This document shows, in pieces, positions 1 through 10,035 of a stretch of 36,354 nt of DNA. Within the stretch, counting starts at the first letter, position 1; the number at the start of each line of letters is the position of its first letter. Made by a program: the position numbers and the translations under genes. Where the stretch lies: positions 331 through 36,684 of the forward strand of contig JBOEGD010000006.1 in the NCBI GenBank assembly GCA_050633245.1. The letters are read 5' to 3'. The notes under the pieces are model-generated. The model was given only the letters and a program-made list of their open reading frames with translations. It had not been told where the DNA came from and did no database searches. This DNA comes from Calditrichia bacterium. GTDB lineage: Bacteria; Calditrichota; Calditrichia; RBG-13-44-9; J075.

Positions 1-110
1 AGGCAGAAAGGCAATAAGGCAGTGAATACTCGCATCTTGCTTCTCGCAATAATCTCTTTGCCGTGTGTTAGCTGCCGTCTTTACATTGCCGTTTTTTCAC
101 CCGCTCGCCC
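1..110 (-). repeat. Intergenic repeat element (GGCAA/TTGCC-rich), inverted relative to the copy at 11931-12055; truncated at window start
   Basis: Reverse complement reads GCGAGCGGGTGAAAAAACGGCAATGTAAAGACGGCA...TGCCTTATTGCCTTTCTGCCT, matching GCGAGGCACGTGAAAAGACGGCAATCAAAAGACGGCA...TTGCCTTATTGCC at 11933-12055. Confidence 0.7.
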
Positions 111-129
111 ACTCTCCCACCCAATAGTC

Positions 130-157
130 TCTCTGGTCTCTGATCTCTGGTCTCTGT
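130..157. repeat. 7-nt tandem repeat (TCTCTGN)x4
   Basis: tctctgg tctctga tctctgg tctctgt, immediately after the stop codon of the 159..773 gene. Confidence 0.85.
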
Positions 158-158
158 T

Positions 159-773
159 CTACTCCGTTTTCACAAAAATATAGCCGCCCTTTTCAGCGCC
201 CCACACCTGCTCATCCTTATCATTATAGCCTCTATCCCAGCTAACCAGTTTGTCAGGGTAAATATCGGCTATTGAGGTAGCATAAGTCGCATCATACAGC
301 GTGCTTCCACATTCTTTGTCAACAGTGCTACCGGAATAGTGCCCATTTGCATAGCGCAAGATCACCGCGCAGCCTTCACGTATCCTAAGCGAATCCAGTC
401 TGAGTTCCGTAAAGCGTTCTGTGTCTTTCCAGGCTCCGATAAATCTATCGTCATCGGGAATGGTATAAATCTCGCTGCGGATATGATCTGATTGCAAAGT
501 GACATGGTACATGCGTTGACGATACGGCTTGTCCAGATAGTTTCCGACAGCTTGCTCAACATAGAACCAGTAGCCGGGCAGATCCGGCCAAACCCGCTTC
601 ATTTCGAGCCGAATATCGCGAAAGTCTGAGTCGGCTTCCGATTGTGCTGCGCTACTAAACGATCCTTCCATCCACCTAGCCAACTCATCGAGGTTTCCCG
701 AGTCTAGCTTTTTGGTGGCAGCACAGCTAAAGAATGCAGCTGCGGCAATAAGGAGGATTAGAATGTTCTTCAT
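159..773 (-). CDS. CpcT/CpeT chromophore-lyase family lipoprotein
   Basis: WFYVEQA...PYRQR, GCAV and SWDRG...QVWG motifs of the CpeT family; N-terminal signal peptide ending AFFSC (lipobox-like). Confidence 0.8.
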   Translation of the reverse strand: MKNILILLIAAAAFFSCAATKKLDSGNLDELARWMEGSFSSAAQSEADSDFRDIRLEMKRVWPDLPGYWFYVEQAVGNYLDKPYRQRMYHVTLQSDHIRSEIYTIPDDDRFIGAWKDTERFTELRLDSLRIREGCAVILRYANGHYSGSTVDKECGSTLYDATYATSIADIYPDKLVSWDRGYNDKDEQVWGAEKGGYIFVKTE

Positions 774-802
774 ATACTGCTCCAGTAACGTTGTTATGTT
801 CT

Positions 803-2851
803 CTAACTCTGGTCTTTTTTAGCTACCAACGTCAAAATGACATAATTAGCAACAACGACATTATCCTGATTATAGATTTCAACAAACCACTCGACCACAC
901 CCTGACGCGGCTCTTCCTCACGCGGCTCCTTCTCGGTTTTGCGCATGCAGGTAATTTTCAAATGAATGGTATCACCAATATAAGTAGGCTCGATAAACCG
1001 CAGCTTCTCCATACCGTAATTTGCCAAAACCGGCCCCTCTCCCGGCCAGACAAATAATCCAGCCGCAGCCGAAACAACAAAGTAACCATGAGCGACGCGT
1101 TTCTTAAACACATGATGTTTCTCGGCCGCAATTTTATCGGTATGCGCATAAAAATAATCACCGCTGATTCCGGCAAAGTTCACAATGTCTGCTTCGGTAA
1201 TGGTTCGTCTGTGTGTGGTAAGTGTTTCCCCTATTTCCAGTTCCTCATAGTATTTTTGGAAGGGATGAATGCGATCGGTCGGCTGTGCCGCGCCCGGCAT
1301 CCATTCCTGCGAAATCTGGGTAAGTGTTGTTGGTGAACCTTGCAATGCCGTGCGTTGCATGTAGTGCATTACGCTGCGAATACCCCCAAGCTCTTCACCA
1401 CCACCGGCTCGGCCCGGCCCACCATGAACCATGTGCGGCAGCGGTGAACCATGTCCTGTAGATTCGCCGGAGCAATATTCATTAACCACCATAATGCGTC
1501 CATGATAAGCAGCCGTTCCCAATACTACATCACGTGCAACTGCGTCGCTTCCGGTAAAGAGTGATCCTACCAAGCTGCCCTTGCCCATTTTAGCCAGTTC
1601 GACGGCCTCATCAACATTTGCATAAGGCATGATGGTATTTACCGGCCCAAAGGCTTCCAAATCGTGAGGTGTTGTGTTTTTAAACGGTTGGTCGCAGTAC
1701 AGCAATGTGGTCGGGAAAAAGGCACCTTTTTCCGGATCTGCACCTACGACATCAAAGTCTTCCATTTTGCCATAAACCAATTCTGCATCGGCACTCAGCT
1801 TTTCTACTACTGAGCGTACTTCGTTGACCTGTCCACGACTAACCAATGGCCCCATACGCACACCTTCTACCGCCGGATCTCCAAGCGTCACTTTGTCCAG
1901 TCGCGCCTTCAGCGCATTCATAACATCAGAAATCATGTTTTGCGGCACGATAGTGCGACGAATAGCGGTACATTTTTGTCCGGCTTTAACCGTCATCTCC
2001 CGGGCAACTTCTTTAATAAACAGATCGAATTCCGGTCTGTCAGGAGTGGCATCGGGGCCGAGAATGCTGCAGTTCAGCGAGTCTGCTTCCATATTGAAGC
2101 GCACCGAGTTTTGAATAATCGCCGGTTGGGTCTTTAGCATATGTCCGGTTTTGGCAGAGCCGGTGAGCGTAACGACATCCTGGCAATCGACATGCGAGAG
2201 CATATCTCCAAGGCCTCCGCAAACAAGCTGCAGCGCCCCTTCCGGCAAAATTCCCGACTCGATAATCGAGCGCACAACTGCTTCGGTAAGATATCCGGTA
2301 GATGTTGCCGGCTTAATAATCGCAGGCATACCTGCAAGTAATGTTGGCGCCAATTTCTCCAGCATACCCCAACAAGGAAAATTGAATGCGTTAATATGAA
2401 TTGCCGTTCCTTCAAGCGGGACGCAGATATGCCGTCCGACAAAAGTGCCGCCTTTGGATAGAGCTTCCATATTGCCTTCAACAAGAAATGGCTGATCTGG
2501 TAATTCACGTCTTCCCTTACTGGCGTAGACAAACAGCGTCCCAATGCCACCATCAATATCGATCCAGTTATCGGCCTTGGTAGCGCCTGTCATTGCAGAA
2601 ACCGGATAAAATTGTTTGCGGCGTTCGTTCAGATACATTGCCAACGCTTTTAGCATTCGGCCGCGCTCATGGAACGTCATTTTTCGCAGTGCATGACCAC
2701 CTACTTTGCGTCCATATTCCAGAACACCTTTATAATCCATACCTTCGCTGGTAACGTCACCAATTTTTTCACCGGTAACGGCATTGAAAACTTCGCGCTC
2801 TTTGCCACTTCCGTCAAACCAGGCACCTTGCACATAACTCTGAATGTTCAT
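803..2851 (-). CDS. paaZ: Bifunctional oxepin-CoA hydrolase / aldehyde dehydrogenase PaaZ
   Basis: ALDH domain (HINAFNFP, GQKCTAIRR, EAFGP) fused to a C-terminal MaoC domain; paa operon context. Confidence 0.96.
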   Translation of the reverse strand: MNIQSYVQGAWFDGSGKEREVFNAVTGEKIGDVTSEGMDYKGVLEYGRKVGGHALRKMTFHERGRMLKALAMYLNERRKQFYPVSAMTGATKADNWIDIDGGIGTLFVYASKGRRELPDQPFLVEGNMEALSKGGTFVGRHICVPLEGTAIHINAFNFPCWGMLEKLAPTLLAGMPAIIKPATSTGYLTEAVVRSIIESGILPEGALQLVCGGLGDMLSHVDCQDVVTLTGSAKTGHMLKTQPAIIQNSVRFNMEADSLNCSILGPDATPDRPEFDLFIKEVAREMTVKAGQKCTAIRRTIVPQNMISDVMNALKARLDKVTLGDPAVEGVRMGPLVSRGQVNEVRSVVEKLSADAELVYGKMEDFDVVGADPEKGAFFPTTLLYCDQPFKNTTPHDLEAFGPVNTIMPYANVDEAVELAKMGKGSLVGSLFTGSDAVARDVVLGTAAYHGRIMVVNEYCSGESTGHGSPLPHMVHGGPGRAGGGEELGGIRSVMHYMQRTALQGSPTTLTQISQEWMPGAAQPTDRIHPFQKYYEELEIGETLTTHRRTITEADIVNFAGISGDYFYAHTDKIAAEKHHVFKKRVAHGYFVVSAAAGLFVWPGEGPVLANYGMEKLRFIEPTYIGDTIHLKITCMRKTEKEPREEEPRQGVVEWFVEIYNQDNVVVANYVILTLVAKKDQS

Positions 2852-2862
2852 TGAAGCTCCTG

Positions 2863-3465
2863 TTATTTTGCTGATTTCTGCTTCCAGTTCTCATAGCGCA
2901 TCTTCTGCCGCTTGCGATCGGCGGGCACTTCCCGTAGCGGTGCGCATGGTCGCAGAGTGGCGTGTAGATCAGCCGGTAAATTTTGATATATCTTTGTGCC
3001 TTCTGTTTTCCAACCTATCATTTCATCAGTCACGTCTTTTATTATTTTTGCCGGATTGCCGACGATGATTTTGCGTCTCGGCACCTGCATACCTTCCGGA
3101 ACAAAACACAGTGCGCCTACAATACATTCTTCCCCAATACTAACATTATCCATTATCACGGAGTTCATCCCAACCAGCGAATTGCGACCAATTTTTGCCC
3201 CGTGAATAATGGCGCCGTGTCCGATATGAGCAGACTCTTCAAGCAGAACCGTTACGCCGGGGAACATATGAACCGTGCAATTCTCCTGCACATTGCAGCC
3301 ATCAGATATTATTACCCCACCCCAATCGCCGCGAATGGCGGCGCCGGGTCCGATGTAGACATTCTTTCCGATGATGACATTACCGGTTACCGTAGCATTT
3401 TCATGCACATACGCAGATTCGTCTACGACTGGTCGAAAACCATCAAATTCAAATATATTAGCCAT
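2863..3465 (-). CDS. paaY: PaaY / gamma-carbonic-anhydrase-like hexapeptide-repeat protein
   Basis: IRGDWG, NVQENCTVH and HIGHGAIIHG motifs; start taken at MANIFEF (3465). Confidence 0.88.
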   Translation of the reverse strand: MANIFEFDGFRPVVDESAYVHENATVTGNVIIGKNVYIGPGAAIRGDWGGVIISDGCNVQENCTVHMFPGVTVLLEESAHIGHGAIIHGAKIGRNSLVGMNSVIMDNVSIGEECIVGALCFVPEGMQVPRRKIIVGNPAKIIKDVTDEMIGWKTEGTKIYQNLPADLHATLRPCAPLREVPADRKRQKMRYENWKQKSAK

Positions 3466-3466
3466 A

Positions 3467-4678
3467 TTACACGCGCTCAATAATTGCTGCCATGCCCTGC
3501 CCTACGCCGACGCACATTGTAATTAGTGCATAGCGGCCATTCTTTTCATGCAAATCGATTACGGCACTGCCTAGTAACCGTGCGCCGGACATTCCCAATG
3601 GGTGTCCGATTGCAATCGCGCCACCATTCGGGTTAATACGGGGATCGTTATCCTCTAAACCAAGTTCGCGAGTACATGCAAGACTTTGAGCAGCAAATGC
3701 TTCATTCAGTTCGATGATACTGATATCATCAATTGTTAAACCAGCCTTTTTAAGCGCCTGCTGTGAAGCCTTAACCGGTCCCATTCCCATAATGCGTGGT
3801 TCAAGTCCGACAACTGCCGAAGAGACAAATCTTGCACGTGGTGTCAGATTGTTTCGTTTTGCCCCCTCTTCCGAGGCAAGCAAGACTGCACAGGCACCAT
3901 CGTTCAGCCCGGAAGCGTTTCCAGCCGTAACGCTTCCTTTGCCGTCGGTTCGAAAAACTGCTCTTAACTTTGCCAAGGCTTCCACACTTGTCCCAGGACG
4001 AATAAACTCATCCTCTGAAAAGATCAGAGGGTCCATTTTTCGGCGTGGAATTTCAACCGGAACAATCTCCTTTGCAAGTCGTCCACTTTCACGAGCTGTA
4101 GTGGCTTTTTGTTGAGACCAAACGGCAAACTGATCCTGATCTTCGCGGTTGACTTTGTATTTCTCGGCAACATTTTCTGCTGTTACTCCCATACCATCTG
4201 TGCCGTACATAGAATGCATCTTCTTATTAACAAAGCGCCAGCCAAAACTACTGTCATGAAATTCAGCATCGCGTCCGAAGGGTTTGGAGGCCTTGGAGAT
4301 GACAAAAGGTCCGCGCGTCATATGCTCCATACCGCCGCCGATATATACATCGCCATCACCGAGCTGAATTGCGCGTGCTGCATGCACACAAGAGCTAAGT
4401 CCGGATGAACAAAGTCGATTAACCGTTTCCCCAGGCACCGAGTACGGCAGTCCGGCCAAGAGCAACGCCATACGTGCCACGTTCCGATTGTCCTCACCAG
4501 CTTGGTTGGCACATCCAAGAATGACGTCTGTGATATCTTCGGGGTTCAAAGAGGGGTTTCTTTTTACAAGCTCGGTAATTGGCAGTGCAGCAAGATCATC
4601 GGCGCGCACCGGCGCCAACGTTCCACCAAATTTGCCGATCGGTGTGCGAATCGAGTCTATGATATATGCGTCTTTCAT
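3467..4678 (-). CDS. paaJ: 3-oxoadipyl-CoA thiolase (PaaJ/PcaF)
   Basis: GCANQAGEDNRNVARM, NRLCSSG, NEAFA, GHPLG and CVGVGQG thiolase motifs. Confidence 0.93.
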   Translation of the reverse strand: MKDAYIIDSIRTPIGKFGGTLAPVRADDLAALPITELVKRNPSLNPEDITDVILGCANQAGEDNRNVARMALLLAGLPYSVPGETVNRLCSSGLSSCVHAARAIQLGDGDVYIGGGMEHMTRGPFVISKASKPFGRDAEFHDSSFGWRFVNKKMHSMYGTDGMGVTAENVAEKYKVNREDQDQFAVWSQQKATTARESGRLAKEIVPVEIPRRKMDPLIFSEDEFIRPGTSVEALAKLRAVFRTDGKGSVTAGNASGLNDGACAVLLASEEGAKRNNLTPRARFVSSAVVGLEPRIMGMGPVKASQQALKKAGLTIDDISIIELNEAFAAQSLACTRELGLEDNDPRINPNGGAIAIGHPLGMSGARLLGSAVIDLHEKNGRYALITMCVGVGQGMAAIIERV

Positions 4679-5088
4679 TGATGAAGCTCCTTTTTCATGC
4701 GATAGACTGTGCCACTAAATAGCGCAACCTTCACATTGTCCTGATTTACAATTTCAATCCGATACACACCAATTCTGCGCGAACGGCTTTCTTCTGTTGC
4801 AGTTGCCGTTAGCACATCACCCGGGTAAACAGGTTTTAAATAGGACATATGCGTTTCTAATGCCACGCTCAACTCACCATAACTATTTGCCGCAAAAGCA
4901 AATGCACTGTCCGCCAGCGAATAGGCTATGCCACCATGTCCGGTGCCAAAGCCATTCAGCATTTCATCGCGAATAGTAAGCCGCAGCACGGCCTTGCCCT
5001 CAGAGATATCTTCAATAGAAATGCCGAGCCACTGACTAAACGGATCTTTAGCTAATAGTTTTTTTATAGTATCGACAGGATTTGTCAT
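4675..5088 (-). CDS. paaI: Hydroxyphenylacetyl-CoA thioesterase PaaI (hotdog fold)
   Basis: MLNGFGTGHGG...LADSAFAFAANS motif. Confidence 0.92.
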   Translation of the reverse strand: MTNPVDTIKKLLAKDPFSQWLGISIEDISEGKAVLRLTIRDEMLNGFGTGHGGIAYSLADSAFAFAANSYGELSVALETHMSYLKPVYPGDVLTATATEESRSRRIGVYRIEIVNQDNVKVALFSGTVYRMKKELHQ

Positions 5089-5100
5089 CCAGCTACCGAT

Positions 5101-6276
5101 TTAAGAGTAAAAGGTATGTCCCTCACGCACCAGGCGCTTGAGAAGTGGATTTGCACGATAGCGATCTTCGCCATATTCATCCTGAAGCGCGTTAAGCCTT
5201 GCCAAAACAGCGTCTAAACCAATTTCATCCGCCCAGGCAAGCAACCCCTTTGGATAGTTTACACCTTTTGTCATTGCAAGGTCAACGTCTTCCCTGGCCG
5301 CAATTTGCATAAAAACCGCATCCGCAGCTTCATTAATGAGCATAGCAACAACGCGATCAACAATTTGCTGTCCCAGCTTATTATTGGTGTCCGGAATGGC
5401 AGGTGCAGCACCGTCGGCATAATCATAAAACCCGCGTCCACTCTTCTTACCAAGATATCCGGCTTCTACCATACGCTTTTGAGTGAATGATGGCTTAAAC
5501 CGTGGATCGTAAAAAAAGGCCTCGAACACCGTTTCGGTAACGGTGAAGTTAATATCTATTCCTATCAAATCCATAAGTTGAAATGGTCCCATCCGGAATC
5601 CGCCGATTTCACGGAGCGCCCAATCTATGGTTGCAGCATCGGCGATCCCTTCTTCGAAAATGCGAATCGACTCACCATAAAAGGGTCGCGCCACTCGATT
5701 GACGATAAAACCGGGCGTGTCTTTCGCAATCACGGTCGTTTTACCCCAGTCGTCGATCAACGCGCGGGTGTTTTTCGTTAGTTGCGAGTCGGTAGCGATG
5801 CCGGGAACAATCTCTACAAGCGGCATCAATGGGGCCGGGTTAAAGAAATGCACACCGATCACGCGCTCGGAGTGCTCGCAGGCACCGGCAATAGCTGTTA
5901 CTGCAAGCGAGGATGTATTTGTCGCGAGAACTGCGGTCGGGGCTGCGAATGACTCAATCGTCTTAAAAATTGTCTGCTTCACATTCAGATTCTCAACAAC
6001 TGCTTCTATGAAAAAGTCGGCATTTGCGACTTCGGTCAGATTCGGGTGAAAGCTTATGTTGCTCAAAGCTTGCGTCATCTCATCAGATGTCATGCGCCCT
6101 TTTTCAATAAGGCGTGCAAAAATGCGTTTATAGTCCGATAGTGCGCTATCTAAAGCAGCAGAATTCGAGTCGACTAAATTCACCTTTTTTCCACACGTTG
6201 CGGCAATTTGAGCAATACCACGTCCCATGGTACCGGCACCGATTACGGTTACCGTCTTAACATCTGAAGGCTTCAT
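5101..6276 (-). CDS. paaH: 3-hydroxyacyl-CoA dehydrogenase PaaH
   Basis: GAGTMGRGIA Rossmann motif, NTSSL, HFFNP, PGFIVNR; start taken at MKPSDV (6276) rather than the longer ORF call. Confidence 0.92.
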   Translation of the reverse strand: MKPSDVKTVTVIGAGTMGRGIAQIAATCGKKVNLVDSNSAALDSALSDYKRIFARLIEKGRMTSDEMTQALSNISFHPNLTEVANADFFIEAVVENLNVKQTIFKTIESFAAPTAVLATNTSSLAVTAIAGACEHSERVIGVHFFNPAPLMPLVEIVPGIATDSQLTKNTRALIDDWGKTTVIAKDTPGFIVNRVARPFYGESIRIFEEGIADAATIDWALREIGGFRMGPFQLMDLIGIDINFTVTETVFEAFFYDPRFKPSFTQKRMVEAGYLGKKSGRGFYDYADGAAPAIPDTNNKLGQQIVDRVVAMLINEAADAVFMQIAAREDVDLAMTKGVNYPKGLLAWADEIGLDAVLARLNALQDEYGEDRYRANPLLKRLVREGHTFYS

Positions 6277-6286
6277 ATTTTTTCCG

Positions 6287-7072
6287 TTATTTGCCGTGGA
6301 AGACCGGTTTGCGTTTTGCGAGGAAGGCGCGCACGCCTTCGCGATAGTCATCTGTTGAGCCAGCTGCGCCCTGAAGTTCTTCTTCAAGGTCCAACTGCTG
6401 TTCAAGCGTGTTGTTCATAGCTTGATTAATAGCGTGCTTTGTGAGTCCCAGGCCGCGAGTTGCCATTTTGGACAGTCGAACAGCAAGATCATTTACATCT
6501 GTGCGGAACGTTTCTTCAGAAGACACCTTATAAATCATTCCCATATCGTAGGCTTCAGCCGCCTTAATTTTTTCGCCAAGCATCATCATTGCTGTTGCTC
6601 GTGGGAGGCCAACCAGCCTGGGAAGAAAGTAGGTACCGCCACTATCCGGAATGAGACCAATATGGCAAAATGCCTGTAGAAAAGAAGCTCTTTCTGAAGC
6701 GATGACAAAGTCACAGGCGAGCACAATATTTGCGCCCGCACCGGCGGCAACGCCATTCACGGCACAGATGATCGGTTTCTCAAGGTTTCGAATCGCCTTA
6801 ATCGTTTGATTGTAGCTTTCGCGGACGATATCGCGAATATCGGGCCATGGTTTTTCGGCAGGAGCAACTTCATCAAGATCCTGGCCCGCACAAAAGGCAC
6901 GCCCCTCAGCAGTAAGTACAACTGCGCGCACGTCAGTCTCTTCACATCGTTTCAGAGCATTTTGCAATTCTTTTGCCATTAACATATTAAAACTATTTAA
7001 AACATCAGGTCTGTTCAGCGAAATTGTTGCGATATTTGCAGCTAAGTCAAATCGGATAAACTGGTAAGCCAT
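6287..7072 (-). CDS. paaG: 2-(1,2-epoxy-1,2-dihydrophenyl)acetyl-CoA isomerase PaaG (crotonase family)
   Basis: FCAGQDL, AAGAGAN and GLIPDSGG motifs; start at MAYQF with upstream GGGAGA RBS. Confidence 0.9.
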   Translation of the reverse strand: MAYQFIRFDLAANIATISLNRPDVLNSFNMLMAKELQNALKRCEETDVRAVVLTAEGRAFCAGQDLDEVAPAEKPWPDIRDIVRESYNQTIKAIRNLEKPIICAVNGVAAGAGANIVLACDFVIASERASFLQAFCHIGLIPDSGGTYFLPRLVGLPRATAMMMLGEKIKAAEAYDMGMIYKVSSEETFRTDVNDLAVRLSKMATRGLGLTKHAINQAMNNTLEQQLDLEEELQGAAGSTDDYREGVRAFLAKRKPVFHGK

Positions 7073-7088
7073 AGTTCTCCCGGTTGGG

Positions 7089-7583
7089 CTAAATACATTT
7101 AAAATGTTCGAAGGGCTGCTGGCAATTATCGCAATAATGCATTGCCTTGCAGGCTGTTGAACCAAATTCACTTTTCAGATGCGTCTTGTCAGAATCGCAG
7201 AATGGACAACTAATAATTCGGTGTGTTCGCTTAAACGGATCAAGTGCTGCGGCATCAACCTTTCCAGGTGGCGCAATGCCATATTCCTTCAACTTGCGTT
7301 TGGCCTCGTCACTCATCCAATCAGTGGTCCACGCAGGAGAAAATACCGGCTTAATCCGCACATTTTCATATCCCTTTTCTTTCATGCGGATAAGGATATC
7401 CTCTTCCATTACCTTCATCGCAGGGCAGCCGGAATACGTTGGAGTTAGCGATATAACGATTTCATCTGTGGTAATATCAATGTCGCGAACAACACCAAGT
7501 TCGATCAAACTGATTACCGGAATTTCCGGATCCATAACCTCTTCCAGGCAGCGCATTATTTCTGCTTTATTGCGATCAGGCAT
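7089..7583 (-). CDS. paaD: Phenylacetyl-CoA epoxidase subunit PaaD
   Basis: DPEIP, TPTYSGCPA, WTTDWM, CPFC...STACKAMHYCDNCQQPFEHFK. Confidence 0.95.
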   Translation of the reverse strand: MPDRNKAEIMRCLEEVMDPEIPVISLIELGVVRDIDITTDEIVISLTPTYSGCPAMKVMEEDILIRMKEKGYENVRIKPVFSPAWTTDWMSDEAKRKLKEYGIAPPGKVDAAALDPFKRTHRIISCPFCDSDKTHLKSEFGSTACKAMHYCDNCQQPFEHFKCI

Positions 7584-8347
7584 TACCAGGAGGCTCCGGG
7601 ATGTGAGCGGGGAACAATCTGCATTTCAGCAAGCAGCAATCCGAGATGTTCCGTATGTATTCCTTTTCTGCTTCCGCGAAGCATTCCGGGTATAATTTCC
7701 GGAACAATCAGCGTCGCCTCTTTGAGCGTGTCGAGAACAGCTTTCTCCCACTCGTTTCTCAGAGATCCACTTGTAACAATAATTTTATCCTTCGAAAGCG
7801 CTTCTTCCAACTCATCAGTTTCAAACATCTCATCTGTGAATGGCCAAAGGTCATCCAGCGCATCCTGCATACGAGCATGACTTTCTTCTGTACCGTCACC
7901 AAGCCGAATGACCCATTCACGGCTATGTCGCAAATGGTAACGTACTTCCTTCAAAGATTTGGTTGCTAGACCTGCAATCGTTTCATTGCTACTTTCTTGT
8001 AAGGCCAATAGCTGGAAATAACTGTACGCGTCGAAAAGGAATTGTCGAGTTATGGTATAAGCAAAATCTATGTTCGGCTGTTCAAGTAAGAGTAAGTTTC
8101 GAAATTCCGTGGTATCGCGGAAATAAGCCAGCTTATCGGCATCTCGTCCCTTGCCTTCGGCTTCACCGGCAGCGGTAAGGAAACCAATGGCCTGACCCAC
8201 CAAATCGAGCGCCACATTGGTCATAGCGATATCTTCCTCAAGAACCGGCCCATGACCACACCATTCGGAAAGTCGATGTCCAATGATTAATCGATCGTCT
8301 CCCAGGCGCAATAAGTACTCAAATATATGTTGTGAAGAAGTTGTCAT
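7583..8347 (-). CDS. paaC: Phenylacetyl-CoA epoxidase subunit PaaC
   Basis: LSEWCGHGPVLEEDIA, KEVRYH, RLGDGTEESH. Confidence 0.96.
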   Translation of the reverse strand: MTTSSQHIFEYLLRLGDDRLIIGHRLSEWCGHGPVLEEDIAMTNVALDLVGQAIGFLTAAGEAEGKGRDADKLAYFRDTTEFRNLLLLEQPNIDFAYTITRQFLFDAYSYFQLLALQESSNETIAGLATKSLKEVRYHLRHSREWVIRLGDGTEESHARMQDALDDLWPFTDEMFETDELEEALSKDKIIVTSGSLRNEWEKAVLDTLKEATLIVPEIIPGMLRGSRKGIHTEHLGLLLAEMQIVPRSHPGASW

Positions 8348-8359
8348 TAGATTGGGCTC

Positions 8360-8665
8360 CTAGGCGCCTTTAATTCCACGTGGCACCTTGTAAAAATGGG
8401 GATGGCGATAGGCTTTTTCATTACCAGGTTCAAAAAATGGGCCATCATCTGAAGGCGTTGTTGCGGTAATAGCATCGGCGGGAATAACCCAGATGCTTAA
8501 CAGGCGACCGCGACGCGCATAAACATCTCGCGCATTTTGCAAAGCCATTTCGGCATCCGGTGCATGCAAACTGCCGGCATGTTCATGTGGTGCGCCCTGT
8601 TTTTCTACAACAAAGACTTCCCAGAGTGGCCATTCATCAGTAGTTGCTTCAGGTTTATCGCTCAT
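8360..8665 (-). CDS. paaB: Phenylacetyl-CoA epoxidase subunit PaaB
   Basis: WPLWEVFV, GSLHAPDAEMALQNARDVY, YRHP; start could also be 8668 or 8671. Confidence 0.95.
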   Translation of the reverse strand: MSDKPEATTDEWPLWEVFVVEKQGAPHEHAGSLHAPDAEMALQNARDVYARRGRLLSIWVIPADAITATTPSDDGPFFEPGNEKAYRHPHFYKVPRGIKGA

Positions 8666-8690
8666 CATCACTCCGCTTTAATCGGTGGCA

Positions 8691-9635
8691 TTAGGCCACT
8701 TTAGTTTTACGTAAACGCTGCTTTTCCGCATAGGCTTGAGCTGCTTCTCGCACCCATTTCCCTTCCGAGTGGGCTTTTCTGCGGGCGCGCATCCGCTGCT
8801 TATTGTAAAATCCATTGCCCTTAATCGTCGTAAAAAGCTCAGACCAATCAATTTCGCCGAAATCGTAATCGCCAGTTTCTTCATTGAGCTTCAAATCGGG
8901 ATCCGGCAGTGACAGATTAACGGCATTTGCTTGCGGCACGGTCATGTTTATAAAACGCTGTCTGAGTTCATCATTACTTTTCAGCTTCACCTTCCAACGC
9001 ATCAGCTCGGCGCTATTTGGAGAGTCTTTGTCAGAAGGGCCGAGCATCATTAGTGTTGGCCACCACCAGCGATTTACCGCATCCTGAACCATTTTCTTTT
9101 GCTCGGGAGTACCGGTAGCGAGACCGGCAACAATTTCGTACCCCTGTCGCTTATGGAAGTTTTCTTCCTTACAAATACGCAGGTTTGCACGGGCATAGGG
9201 GCCGTATGAGCATTTTGCGAGCAGCGTTTGGTTAATGATTGCCGCACCATCAACAAACCAGCCAATAATACCGATATCTGCCCAGGAGAGCGTTGGGTAG
9301 TTAAAAATGCTGGAGTATTTGGCCTTGCCGTTGTGCAGCTGATCGATCAACTCCTGACGGCTAACACCAAGCGTTTCTGCGGCACAGTATAGATACAGAC
9401 CATGACCGGCTTCGTCCTGCACCTTGGCAATTAGCGAGAGCTTGCGACTTAATGATGGCGCGCGGGTAATCCAGTTGCCTTCCGGCAGCATACCAACTAT
9501 TTCAGAGTGGGCGTGTTGCGATATCATGCGAATTAGCTGCTTGCGATAGCGTTCCGGCATCCAGTCTTTCGGCTCAATTTTCTCACCAGCGGCAATGCGC
9601 GCTTCAAACTCGGCTAGTTTCTTGGGATCTTCCAC
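8691..9635 (-). CDS. paaA: Phenylacetyl-CoA epoxidase catalytic subunit PaaA
   Basis: [16 protein letters not shown] and KEENFH di-iron motifs; GTG start with GAGGAG RBS. Confidence 0.97.
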   Translation of the reverse strand: MEDPKKLAEFEARIAAGEKIEPKDWMPERYRKQLIRMISQHAHSEIVGMLPEGNWITRAPSLSRKLSLIAKVQDEAGHGLYLYCAAETLGVSRQELIDQLHNGKAKYSSIFNYPTLSWADIGIIGWFVDGAAIINQTLLAKCSYGPYARANLRICKEENFHKRQGYEIVAGLATGTPEQKKMVQDAVNRWWWPTLMMLGPSDKDSPNSAELMRWKVKLKSNDELRQRFINMTVPQANAVNLSLPDPDLKLNEETGDYDFGEIDWSELFTTIKGNGFYNKQRMRARRKAHSEGKWVREAAQAYAEKQRLRKTKVA

Positions 9636-9638
9636 GAC

Positions 9639-9971
9639 TTACTCCTCTCGGGATGTATGCTCATCTACTCCGCTATCCGATGCTTTTTGCAATTTCTTCA
9701 TAAGCATTTCGGCGGGAGTTAAATACTTTTTATCGTTATTACAGGGCTTACAGCACGCCACGATATTACCTTTGGTGCTTTTACCGCCGCGTGCCATGGG
9801 AACAACATGATCCATGGTAAGCTGATCGGCAGGAAATTTACCTTCGCAATAATGACAGATACCTGCTACCAGCAGATCTTTCCACCAGCGTGATTTGCGC
9901 ATTTCACGTGCCTTCTGCTTTTCACGAGCAATGTGCTTTTTATCGCTTTTTATGTCTATCCAGTCACTCAT
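9639..9971 (-). CDS. Small HNH endonuclease family protein
   Basis: CHYC...TMDHVVPMARGGKSTKGNIVACCKPCNNDK; start taken at MSDWID (9971). Confidence 0.88.
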   Translation of the reverse strand: MSDWIDIKSDKKHIAREKQKAREMRKSRWWKDLLVAGICHYCEGKFPADQLTMDHVVPMARGGKSTKGNIVACCKPCNNDKKYLTPAEMLMKKLQKASDSGVDEHTSREE

Positions 9972-10035
9972 TATCTTCTCATAATAATCTGCGAAACCGC
10001 AGATGTCAATCGATTGTATTGCGGACATTCAAAAA

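Noticed and set aside
791-9810. Numerous antisense and alternative-frame ORFs inside paa genes
   Set aside because: Shadow ORFs of well-supported genes with no recognisable motifs.
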